From Marsupella aquatica (taxonomy: Eukaryota; Plantae; Marchantiophyta), in assembly GCA_973895155.1 (NCBI GenBank), contig OZ316892.1:18590357-18654356 (forward strand): DNA of 64,000 nucleotides, in the 5' to 3' direction. Position numbers and translations under genes: made by a program. Shown here piece by piece: positions 1 through 11,799 of the stretch; positions within the stretch are counted from its first letter, which is position 1, and each line of letters begins with the position of its first letter. The notes under the pieces are model-generated. The model worked only from the letters and a program-made list of their open reading frames with translations. It did not search any database and had not been told where the DNA came from.

Positions 1-450
1 AGAATGCATACTTACTATGGCTCTAAGCACCTTCACTACCTTGTTGAACCCAGTCCTGAAGTCTTTTCAGCGTGTTTGTTGTGCTGTCTCCTTTGGCACC
101 CAACACCTTAGTCCTTGATGTAACAGAATGCGATTTTACAAGTTAGATGCTTTGGAACCTTCTATGGTCTTAGCTGAATTGATGTCATCGTAAGTGGTGA
201 AAGACAAGGAAGACGAAAGCTGGTTGAAGAGCTGTGGACAACACACTAGCATGAAGTGCTTCAACCAATCCACTGCCAAACGGAACTCTTACACAGTCAC
301 ATTCTTTCAGTAAACAGAAACTCAATCAAACTTCATAATCAAAGTACAGACTCTGAAGGACCAAAGGAGGATGTTGTGAGTTTCTCTGTTGTTTAATGTG
401 TTACCCTTCTAGTTTCGAAGTTAGCAAATGCTGAATAATGTGTCTACCAG

Positions 451-790
451 ATCTTCAAAAAGAAGCCCACCACAATTAAGAACTTTGGTATCTGGGTGAG
501 GTATCAGAGTTGTACAGGTTATCCCAACATGTACAAGAAATATTGTGATACCACATTAAACAACCACACAGCAGATGTATGATGAGATGGCTTCTTGTCA
601 TAGAGTTCGGTTCCCTTGCATCCAGATCATCAAGACTACGACAGTCCCTGTCTCTCTGTGCAAGCGAGAAAGTACCAAGCAGTTCCATGATTCAAAGATC
701 AAGTTCCCCTTGACGTACCGCAAGATTCAACCTCCATCGCGAAAGCTAAAGACGACTTACAAGGCCACCAAGCCCAACACATTTGTTTGA
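451..790 (+). pseudogene. RPL18A: 60S ribosomal protein L18a (eL20) last-exon fragment, frameshifted
   Basis: After acceptor ctaccag|451 it reads [37 protein letters not shown], then a frameshift near 560-572, then [26 protein letters not shown]...[29 protein letters not shown]. This matches the plant RPL18a C-terminal half. Confidence 0.9.
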
Positions 791-2629
791 GTAGTGCGGG
801 TGTAGGTTCCCAATTTTGAAACAATTTGGCTCATTTTATGTCCCGAGGGACTCCAGGAGTTTATGTATTGAGTTTCTAGGTCAAGATGCTTAATATAAGG
901 AAATTCAATTATCACCTCGTTCCCAACTTCTATTAATTGAATATACACAAGCTGGAAGCAAGAAGACAAGCCACAATCTAGCATCTTAGCCAAACACAAT
1001 CGTCCCGACAAAGCAAAACTCAGCTGGACAGAAGTCACTCGGATCCACAAAAAATTGAAGATTCACCTCCAAGCCGGAGGCCGATCACTTCAGTACAGCA
1101 GCTTCTGGACGGAACAAACTCTGCTCAGCCCCACAAAAACACAAATGTTAAGGCTCCAAGTCAGAGCTCACAAACAGAAACTCAGATAAATAACATTCAA
1201 AATCTGTCCAGGTTTGTGCAAAGTGTACATATTCATTCTTCTGGAATGAACACGCAATGCATACATCGCCTAGACACAGTCATTATAAATCATTGGGCAA
1301 TTGGGGACCACTAAGCAGGTGTGTTCCTATTTCGAGGCTACAAGAAAGGATAGAGTGACACCAAACTGAAGAGTACACCAAAAGAAAAACAGCAAGAACC
1401 AAAGTCAATCATGTGTGGATATTTTGCACATGGGAAGTTCCCCTGAAGAAGCACCAGTTGCTAACATTGTCACCCGAACCACACCCAGTTTATTACCTCA
1501 ATGTCTTCAGCCTCAATATCCAATCCTCAGCCCCCTGGTGCTTCCGTGTTTGTTCTGAAAATTTCTGTGATGAAATAATTATTCAATACATTCAATAGCA
1601 AAGAGAACTCAATCACAAAAGAAAAATAGTTAGTGTGAATGCTAATTTCTCAACACTTAACTAAATTCAAACCACCAATTCAAGTAGTAAGTTTCAAAAA
1701 CTTGCCTTTACATGAAGAGAAACCAATTGGCCATGCATGTTACTAAAGCAATAAACAAATAATTAGGCTCAACCCCGGGCTCAACACACAGGCAAACTAC
1801 TCGAAACATGCTGCTGAGAAGTAACATTTTTTGAATGTCAGACTATGTGTAAGTGCCATGATCGTGCTCCTACGTTTCACAAGGAGGGCTGGCCCGAAAG
1901 GGAGAAGCAACAATGTGGAGTCTATACACGTAGCACAAATCCCAGTTTAGAAGGGTGGATGAAGTTCAGACAAGAGTTCAGAACTTGCCATTTGAGATTG
2001 CCAATCTGAACTTCACATTCAGACAGGACTTCATCCAGTTCAGGAGTTCAGATAGGAGTTCAGACAATCTGAAGAGGACTTTGGACTTGAATGAGGGACA
2101 GCGTGGCCATATAGTTATCCTTGTGGCCTTCAGCTGCGTGTCTCAGGCTGAATTTCACTTTCCAGTTTCGAGAGTTCTGAAGGTCTAGTTTTAGTAACTT
2201 CCTCCTGACTCGACTTGGGAGCATTCTCCCTATTTGCTAGCTTGTAGTTAGCTTTGACTCCTGTGAGCTTAGTTGACGACCCTCTTGAGATATTAACAAT
2301 TAGAACAAACACAAGTTGTCAAGACAGATTCCACCGGAGCAAAAAGTCCAAAATCAGGTGAAAGAAAACCTAAGGAAAGTCCATAAGAACGAAAGTAGGA
2401 AGGCAGGTGCACGGGCCACCGAGAAAAGTAAAGGATGCATGTGATTAGTGGGGAGGGATCTTAGCAAAAATAGGGGAAAGCAAGGGAACTTGCTGCTAAA
2501 ATCAGCTGAACGATTGCACGGTTCCTATAAATTTAGTGGACCTTAAGGCCGTCTGTTCAGCCCCCCACCCCATTGCCAGAGCACGGGGCACAAGGCATGT
2601 TCTGATACAGGGAGGAGCAAAACAGTCAT

Positions 2630-3676
2630 GTCAAGCAAGAAATGTGGAGAGACCAATCAGTAAGCAAAAATAGGGGAGAACATACATACATGATCAGCAG
2701 CAGCAGGAAACAAGAAAGATGATTTTGGGTGGCATCTTAGGGTCGGGGACACCACTGCAACACCGGGACTTAGGATATGAGTTGTTCTTAATCTGCTAGT
2801 AGCATCCGGCAGGCCGGCGACCCATGGCAAAAGGGCAGAGCAACAATCCGCTAAAACTACCGAGTCTCACCTTTGCGCTACTGACTGTCACCTTTGTCCA
2901 AGGTAGCTAGTAATAGCAAGTTGAAGTCCCGCTCCAAGTTGTCGGCTTCCACTCCAAGCTCCCTAAAAGATTGTGGCCTCAGGTCCAAGTCGTTAGCTCG
3001 CACGCGCAACTCCCTAAACCTACACACAGCGGAAGCTTAGCTCACCAACAACTTGCAGAAACAATGACCTCCCCTCTGAAACTGATAAAAACACCTGAAT
3101 ACAAATAGTGAAGCACGAGGACAGAACAGGGAGAAGCGTTTTGCAGTTTGGGACGACAATGCTAGGAGTGTATACACTTCGGGCAACAGGGAGGTCCAAT
3201 AATAGTTTGAATCTGACGGATGAAGCTCTAGGCGAATGAGCTCCAGGAGATTGGGTGCATGATTGAGTAGGCAATTGTAACAGCAGGCACCTGGCGATTG
3301 AAGGAAGCAGCATTCGGCAATGGACCTAGGCAGCTCGCGAATTTTGCTCAGCAGCGATGTCACCTAGACCCTAAACACGCAATGCATACATCACCTAGAC
3401 AACTATACTTGCAGCCACGAGGTGAGTCCGCGATAGGGGATTGAAGGAAGCAGCAAGTCAAGCAAGAAGCGTGGAGAGACCAATCAGTAAGCAAAAATAG
3501 GGGAGAATAGACATACATCAGCAGCAGCAGGAAACAAGAAAGATGATACTCTGTTCCATCTTAGAGTCGGGGACACTACTGCAACACCGGGACTTAGGAT
3601 ATGACTTGTTTTTAAACTGGAGATAGCATCCAGCAGGCCGGCGACCCATGCCAAAAGGGCAGAGCAGCAATCCGCC
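2630..3676. repeat. Dispersed ~220-bp direct duplication (2630-2851 and 3457-3676)
   Basis: Both copies read tcaagcaagaa..gtggagagaccaatcagtaagcaaaaataggggagaa...cagcagcagcaggaaacaagaaagatg...caacaccgggacttaggatatga...caatccgc. Confidence 0.85.
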
Positions 3677-5430
3677 ATGTAGCGATAGGCGAGAGCAGCG
3701 ATTACGACGATGAAAGATGGTCAAAGCTGAAGCAAAACCCCTAAAGATGCAGCTTGGCCATACTCTCTTTCCTCACCTCATAGCGCTAGGCATTCAACCT
3801 CCCTCTTCAATGAACCTCACAACAGCTTGAAGGTCGATAGATTTTACCTCGTCTCCTGAGCAGAAACGTCTGCATTAGCTAAACAGAGCCCGGAACAGAG
3901 CTATCGCATTTAGCCTCCCGACTCCAAAATTGAACGCAACACAACCTCCAACTCCCAATGGCAGCTCAGTAGGTTGATCAGCTCGGTCAATGCAGGTCAG
4001 TCGACCTCAATAGCCACACTAGAAGCTCACCGCAAGTCACTCAAAGGTCAGACTAGAAGCTCCGCCGCCTTCACACCGTAGCAAAAAACAATGAGACCAA
4101 TATCGAGCAAGGCAACCCTGTTTGAATATTTGGCGACCATCAGGCTCCACCCCTCCTTTCTCGCTACCGTTCCCCCATGTGATGGTTAAGCTTCTGAGGA
4201 CACAATCAATCGCACAAATGTAGCTTAAAGCAGGACCTCACTAAGCAGACTATCGGTTAGGACCTTATAGACATAGAGATAGATAGGTCAATGCAACCTT
4301 ACTTGGGCCGATGCAGCATGTCTCTTCACAATGTGAAGCAGCGCAGCATTCCTCCACCTAGCTCGCAGTGATCCTCCGCCTTGCTTGCAGTAACCAGCCT
4401 CCGCCTAGCTAGTTTGCACTGTCACGGCTGCAACTTTTTGTGCAATGACTTGGCCCTCCTACCAACTACGAGCTCCCAAAAGTATGTCGAGCAGATGTAC
4501 ACTCAGGCACCACCTCGTAGAGCTCAACTCCAAGTCGGCAGCTCTCACTTGAAACTCAATAGCAGCTTAGCTCACCAGCAGGTTGAAAAGCGACAATGGA
4601 CTCCCCTCAAAACTGATTGGCAGACCTCCACACTGACGCTCGTAGCAGGCCCAATCCTAAACACATTTGCACCCTAAAGTCCAGTCGCGCTCAAACACTT
4701 TCAAACGACCCTGCAGGAAGTTCGCGAAGAGTGCAGCTGGAATGAAGGTCGTCGACTCCCAATTTCCCTCGCAAAACCAACCTCTGCGGCACACTGACCC
4801 TGAACACTTAGGGCAAGTAGTACCCCCAAAATCTCTCGCAAAACCAACCTCCAAGGTACACTGACCCTGAGGGAAAGTAGTACCCCTCACATGTGGGCAG
4901 CCATCGAGTGACTTAGCAAACAGGTTGGTTTGGACATAAAAGAACCAATGCAAATGACTTAGCAAAAAGTTCAATGTGGGGAGAGTGCACTTTGGTCAAG
5001 AACAAGGCCAAATATAGTCAGGTATGAATCCACATTATAAGTGAAAGTACCCACCATTCTGATGAAAACCCCCATATTTATACCCATTATATTTGGACTT
5101 ATTGAACCATGAGTGTGCAATATGTAGTTGCACCGGGAGTTGCATATTAGGGATTGGCATCCGAAATTGGCTAATGGGGTATGCATGCTGACGGAATTTT
5201 AAAAAATGATGTCCAATTCATATTGCACTATTGTGGAGTAACTAACATAACTTACCTATTTCTTACTTACTAGTGTTACAATAGCGACATTGGATAAAGT
5301 TGTAAGCATGACTTCCCACAACCTCACCAAAACTTAGTTGGTATGATGTAACTAACATGACACCCACAAACTTGGAGTCGCATATTTATGAAGGTCTCGC
5401 ACAAGTCACATAGGGGAGGGTCTCAGAATG

Positions 5431-5448
5431 GGTGGTTTTCTTCTAGTG
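5431..5448 (-). mobile_element. Orphan CACTA terminal inverted repeat (right end #1)
   Basis: ggtggttttcttctagtg = reverse complement CACTAGAAGAAAACCACC. It sits exactly where the downstream transposase reading frame is cut off; the putative 3-bp TSD is ccc. No partner end found. Confidence 0.7.
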
Positions 5449-8400
5449 CCCTAAACCCAACTCTGTTAAATTAATACGCAAAGTTGGGGATGACAAGGCT
5501 GATTTACCAATTTGTGTTTTGTCATTCAAAGAAGGACACACCCTACATGATTTTAGGGCTCGTATTGCCTCTACTCTAGACTTTGACTTTGATTTTTGGG
5601 ATGAGAGACTTCCTGGTCGAGTGAAACTTGTACATGAGAAATTAATTGATCTGTCTGAGCTGGATGGAAGAGTTATTGTTGTACAACAAGAACTTGGAGA
5701 TGGTGGGAGGATCCCACCAGTACCCTGTCATCCTTGCACTCCTGCATCATTGGGTCCAAATACTGGGACACCACAACTGGGGCCAACGGCACTAGCACCC
5801 TCCCCTGTAAGGGCTTCTTTTGAGTCACAATTGATGGGAGATGTCCCATCAAAGCTATGGAAAGATGAGTGGATGAGGTTAGAGAAATGGGTACATAAGA
5901 AGGGTTATGGTGATCACAATTGGAGAATTCATACCTGGGATGAGGGGACAGATGTTCGAGGGCATCTGGAGTGTCTTGAATGTAGGGAAACTTATGGCAA
6001 TGCAGACAACTCTCAGAACCCTAAATCCATCTCCAATTGCTTTAGTAATTTTAAGACCAAACACTTGGTCTTCAATAAGCACAAGGATAACTATTGTCGG
6101 AGAAGGGGCATTCCTTCTACTTTGGTTCAGGTAGCAGACATCTCTGAGAAGCCAGAATATGATCATGCAGACGCCATCAAAGTAGGTGTTGAGATAGTTC
6201 AGCGATTGAATGCTGAGCTTGGGGATGATGGCAAACTATTCTCTATTGTTCCTGATCCCAGTACTCCTGAGTATGTAAACAGGTCTTTCCTGTTTAAGGT
6301 TCGCTGTACTGTCTGTGGAATGCTTCACACTGACTTGTGCCCCAAGAAGCTTACCTTGGAGCCCAATTTGAGGACACACTTAGTGAGTCGAGATCACTTG
6401 GATGCATTGGAGACTAGGCATGACACAAAAATGCTTGCCTTGAGGTCTGGGAAGAGGGGCAGGCCAAAGAGGACTGATTCTAGGGACCTACATCCTGGTC
6501 AGAGCGGGATTTTGAAGTTCTTTAAAGATGATGGGTCCCGGACAGGCAGCAATTCAGGTTCAGGTTCAGGTGTGTGTGAATCTGTTGATCTTGGTCTGAG
6601 TTTGCTTTGCTGGGGATTATGGGTAGAGAGAGGTGTGCCTCGACTGTTATGGAAGGGTATATCTTATGATATTTCTGGCATTTTAGATGATCAGTCTGGG
6701 GGAATTACATGGCATTGTGAGCCAAGTTGTTGCTTGGATGTTTTCCATCCAAGTAGAGAGAGTGTTGTGAGTATAGCAGGCTGTTTTAGACACAAGGATT
6801 GCTTGAGGTTATCACAGAATGGAGGAGGATTTGAAAATCTAACTTGTAGTGAATGTGATTCTATAACACTAGAAGATGATTTTCGTGGACGGGTGCACAG
6901 GGAAGCGGAAGCAGTAGTCCACAGAGGGAGCCGAACCACTGCTGGTGGTATATGTTTGGATTATTTGACCAACACAGAGTTAAGAGATCAAGTGCACAAC
7001 CTGAACTCTGTGCGACGAAAAGAGCGTTGGTTGTTATCTTTGCAGGCTCAGAAAGTATGTGCCTTGAGCACCAGGAAACGAAAACTAGAGGAGTTGTTAG
7101 GAGTTGCAGCAGACAGGAAGGATTCGAGATTGTTTCTTAGGAGTATTTTGAATGGACACAGGAATGGTGCATTTGGTGGTAAGGAGGGTTTGTGGGATTT
7201 CTTGAAGGATGTAGCTCGCAATTTAGGCAGGAAGCCAAAAGGTAATCGTTACAGTAATAGGACTCGAGCTATTGCTCAGGCTATGTTCCAATTTGGGGGC
7301 CGTCAAGTTGCTCATTGTTTTGCACGAAACTTGACAGCCCCTAGCCTTGTGACCCTAAAACGTGATAGAGCAAAACTCACACCTTTTTGAACCGGGTTAC
7401 GGAAGGAAACCTTTCAGGAGATTGCTAGAGTGTTGTCTGCTGCAAAGCACTCATTGGGCATTGAGGGGGATGTGCCTGTTATCTTTGCTGAGGATGAAAC
7501 AAGGATCAAAGAACGCCCTAGGTAATTGGAACTGGACATTTTTCCAATTGTTTTTTTAATGACTTTACAAGTAGCACTTGGGTGGAATTGCTGTGATATT
7601 GAAAAATTGCATGTCTGTGTTTCAGGTGGGAGGCAAAGTATGATACTCTCATTGGTTTCTGTGGACCTTCAGAGCAGCATGTATGCTCCTATGGTTTGGA
7701 AATTCTAGTAGGTGAAGGTGATGAGGGGTATGATAAAATTGTAAGTACATTTGAACAATGCCCCAAGTGCATGTATGCCCGAGTTGTGATTGTGAATCCT
7801 CTGCATGAGTCCTTACCTAAATTGGCTGTGTGTGCACTTCCAACTTGTAATAAGTTCACAGCTTCTTGGGTACGAGAGCATTGGGTCCAGTTAAAGGCTT
7901 TTTGGGATGAATATTGTAGAGCTATGGTAGGCCCTTTGCTTGGACATGCTAGTGATGGTGATGCACGTCGCCGAAAGCTGATGCTGGAAGATTACAGAGG
8001 GCAGAATGGATCATACCCAAGGTACGGAGTTGGGTGGGAAGGGTGGACATACTCTGTGTCAATTCTACCAAATGGAGATTTGTATGGCTTTGGTGACCAA
8101 GACCAACCTCATAATGGGAAAAAGATGATAAACCCCTTAGACAGAGTGTCTTCTTTACTAGTGCTAGGAGATCAACATGCATCTTTATCTTATGTAGCTA
8201 ATGTCTACAATCATTATCCAATTCATGAACATGGCATGGCTTGGGATGATGTGAATAGGACTGACCGGCAGAATTGGGCAGGTCCACAACGAATAGCAGC
8301 AAGAAGAGTGCAGCAATGTCTGAAAGATATGTATGAGAGGAGAGATGTACAACATGAACGAAGTTTAGGAACTCAGTTGTACTTGGAGATTTGTGCAGAT

Positions 8401-10017
8401 TACTTAGATATTTTCTTTTCTCCAGTTCATGATTTGAGGTCCCATATTGTGTTAGCATCCAAGGTTTCATTCTTTCTACGTTTGTGGAGATTGTGGTTGA
8501 GGTTTGGTGACCATTCAGTGGGTGGGAACTTTGCAGCACACACTGAGAAAGACATGATGTCTATTCAGGCTTTTCATGATGTTAACATGTCATGTCATTT
8601 CATTGTGCTGTTAATTTGTGCCTTTCGAGATAAGTTCCCACATCTAGGTGTTCCCTTCCACTTGCTAGGTTCAGATTGTTGTGAGATTTTCTTCAGCAAG
8701 GTAGGAGGCATGAGTGGCCATGAGCGGAATTATGATTTTGGCTCTCTATTGGATAGTGCTGTTGGACTGAACTGGCTTGCTGCCCTAGAATATGGACCAG
8801 AAGGCTTGAAGATAGGTCGTTCACATAAGAAACAAGATCATGTATGGGGGAAGATTCATCCTATAGGGGAAGGGGAGGAAGCACCAAATCTACTTGACTA
8901 TTCTCTCATTGAGACTAATGAATTAGTGGTTGCAGCCCTTAAAGAAGGTTTTGTTGCTGCTAAGGATCTTATGCATCAATTGCAGATGTCTCCACGAAGT
9001 TCCTTACCAGCAGCTAGAAAGAGATGGTGGACATGTCCTTGGGTTGTGGAAAGTGAGACCTGGCCACTAGAGGTGGTTCTGAAGGAAGCAATTGTTTGCA
9101 ATGATTCTGAGGAGCAAGTAGAGCACCAACCACCAGACATAGGTCCTCGCCCAACTGGAGATTTTCATGAATTGGAAGATCCTGAGGATGATCTGAATAG
9201 AATAGATGCATGGTTAACAGAACCAGATCCCATTGTTGTTCCTGAGATGCATTCAGATGATGTACACAGAGATGATATACAGTTTGATGTAGACCCCTCA
9301 GATGAGCTTGAGACATTAGGTCATGAAGTTCGGCATGTGTTTGGATCAGTTGTCCATGCTGTAACTAATGTACAGAATCGTACCAAGGTAGTGCCTACTG
9401 TTACTTATGAAGGCAAGGTGATTTACAAATCCACTCTGGTAAGCCAGTTGGTAGGAAATCCGCATTTGTCAAAAGATAGGCTGACAAGGGTGAAACAAGT
9501 GCTATACTATAGTACTGGCAAGAGAAAAGTGCAAGAAGTCAATCCTAACTCATGTTTTGTTGATGTTGGCACTGATTGTGCAATTGCATTTGAGTCTGAT
9601 GATAGTCTTGCTCCAAGTACTAGATCTGGAAAAAGAAAGGGAGGAAAGAATAAGGTTGTGGTGGAGGCAATCTCAGCAGGTAAGAAATATTTTTGGTTGG
9701 GTCGGATTGTCCAAATGAGACAGAAGTATGGCAGTAGGTGGGGCAATTGTCGGTCACCAATTGATTTGATGGATAGGCCAACTCCACTTGCAGGGCAATC
9801 AGGTAACATTTGTGAACTGTTGTTAAATTGGTATAGTCCTATTGGTAAGAGCAAAAGTGAATTCAGATATGATACCACTGATTTGAAATGGATGGATATT
9901 GAAATGGTCATTGCTAGTGTTAGTTTAACCATGAAAGAAGGGGTTATGGATCGTATCTATGTGTTGGATCCAATAGATAGACGTGCTTTGGATCAATATC
10001 TTCAAACAATGGTATGA
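5449..10017 (+). pseudogene. P-element/THAP9-like DDE transposase, ~1,480 codons, one intron (7522-7625), one in-frame TGA (7388-7390), 5' end truncated
   Basis: The frame continues through the TGA to VIFAEDET, then splices (cctag|gt...tttcag|g) into the 7696-10017 ORF. Motif order is typical of P transposases: KGNRYS...APSLVTL, EDET (D1), HASDGD (D2), DQPHNGKKMIN (DxxH), DRQN, GSDCCEIFFS (E). Two N-terminal C2H2-like zinc fingers (CLEC..H..H, CTVC..H..H). Confidence 0.75.
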
Positions 10018-10143
10018 ATATCATGTTACTGTTTAGTTTTTGAGAGTCTGTATATATGTTTTATTTTGTTGTTTAGTTTTTGAGAGTTTGTATATATGTT
10101 TTATTTTGTTAATATTAGTGGGTGTAGTGGGATAGGATAGGGG

Positions 10144-10203
10144 GTGACGGATTGGCAACTTGAGATCCTTTCTCAATTAGGGGTTCAATTCCCCTCCGTC
10201 ACA
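10144..10203 (+). ncRNA. tRNA-like (mascRNA-like) structure downstream of the P-like transposase
   Basis: Acceptor stem GTGACGG/CCGTCAC (7/7) plus discriminator A. T-arm AGGGG-TTCAATT-CCCCT (5/5). Arm TTGAG-ATCCTTT-CTCAA (5/5). D region reduced to ATTGGCAAC. Confidence 0.7.
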
Positions 10204-10272
10204 TGTTACATCTCTCAACATAAGTTTTAAATGGAGTATGGATGGAGCATGGGATTGGTGATCAATGGGTGG

Positions 10273-10371
10273 AATGGATTATTTATGTTGTGACCTTAAA
10301 GGCCATCCCACTTATGCACGTAAGGTTTATATTGGGATGACCTTTTAGGTACACAATATAAATGATGCATT
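10273..10371. repeat. Imperfect ~38-bp inverted repeat (hairpin)
   Basis: Left arm aatggattatttatgttgtgaccttaaaggccatccca (10273-10310) pairs with tgggatgaccttttaggtacacaatataaatgatgcatt (10333-10371); ~22-nt loop. Confidence 0.8.
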
Positions 10372-10663
10372 GAAATGATCAAAGTTTAAGGTCGACAAAG
10401 GTGCAAGAACTGTTGCAGGGCGTGCCATGTCTGACATACGACTTCACAAGGTACTGACATAGACTTATCTTTTCTTTCTAGGCATTTTATATTGATATGT
10501 GACACTTTACTTCACAAATTATAGGGGCAATACAATTTGGATTTTAGACTCTTAGAAGAAAGAAAGAGGGAGGAAAAAAAAATTTCAACTTAATAAGTAT
10601 GGGGGTCTAGGCATGAAAACGTCGCAGGTGATGGGGGGGTCCTCCATATAGTGAGACCCCCGA

Positions 10664-11201
10664 GGGCTTAGCCATATGTGAGGGCCCTTGCATGAGGCAT
10701 TTCCACCTCAACCCGGAGTCTGACCTTGCTGCAGAAAACAACTGTCCAGGGGTGGGCCTCCCGTCAGCACACCAGGGAGGCTGGATGTGCACTGATTGTT
10801 TGGAGAAGCAGGCTAAGTGTGCACAGTGTGGGAAGTTGGGGTCTTATGAGGGCTCTGTTGATGCTCCACCACTTGTTAGGAAATGCCCTGACAGATATTG
10901 TGTGAGGTTCTTTTGTTTTTCATGTTTGCCCGATCTTGCCACAGCTTGCCCACTTCATAAGTGCAAGGCATGTGGTCAGCACGATGAAGATTTCTGGGTG
11001 GACATAGTCCACTGTGTTAGGTGTCCCACCATGTGGCACTTTCATTGTTTGAAGGAGCGTCAAGCAGAAGGCTATGCTTGTGACAGACACATCTATGATC
11101 ACTCTGCACATGGTGTTGATCGATGGATCTTCTATTGTCATCGCCATGCCATAGATCCTACTTTGCACACTCCCATGAGAGATCACATTTCTTGGCTTTG
11201 A
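10664..11201 (+). CDS. EDM2-like composite PHD-finger protein (copy 1; 5' part missing or interrupted)
   Basis: LAICEGPCMRHFH...CTDC..KQAKCAQCGKLGS...CPDRYCVRFF...CPLHKCKAC...CVRCPTMWHFHCL...IFYCHRHAIDPTLHTPMRDHISW follows the EDM2 PHD cassette (CPLHKC, CRRCPKSYHRKCL, IYC..HEID....TP.RDH). No introns visible. Confidence 0.75.
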
Positions 11202-11799
11202 ACCTGAATAATGTACATGCATAGTGCACCTGATGTGGATACCTTGGAGATTGCAGACATTCCAATTTTGAGAAGAAGGACCTCTGTAGGAGAGGATGCT
11301 TAGGCAACAAGTACCCTAAGTTCATTACTTGTTCCTGGGTACATGCCTTCAAAAACTCCCCTTAAGCCTTCTAGGAACCTTTTTTACTCTGCAATCATTT
11401 TGATCACGACTTACATGACACTACTTAAATTAAATCAGGACTTCTCATTATGAGCATATAAGTTACAAGGCTATTTAATTTGCGAGAATTCCCTTAAAGT
11501 GTACCAACATTTTGTATTGTCATTGAATGTCTGCCCATTTACAACATCTGTATGTGGCATCACAAAACAATTGCACTTGTCACCTTCAATATTGTGAAGG
11601 CACATATTCAAACTATGAGGTGCATGCTTGCAGGTGTCTAGTACGTTTGTCCCAATATTTCTCCCATTTGGAATCGGAGCAGAGACTCACCAGACGACTG
11701 GACTGGACCAAGTTATAAACGCAGCATTTTAAGGGCCCTTCGATTATCAGGTGAACGCATTATCTTCCGGTCTGCAGTGATTAGGTGGCCCGTGTGTAC

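Noticed and set aside
10020-10143. MALAT1-type triple helix upstream of the tRNA mimic
   Set aside because: U-rich tracts exist in a 40-bp tandem duplication, but no genomic A-rich tract abuts the acceptor stem, so it cannot be supported.
10144-10203. Functional tRNA-Arg(CCT) gene
   Set aside because: No D stem, A at position 32, T at position 37, 2-nt variable region and no oligo-T terminator; treated as a tRNA mimic instead.
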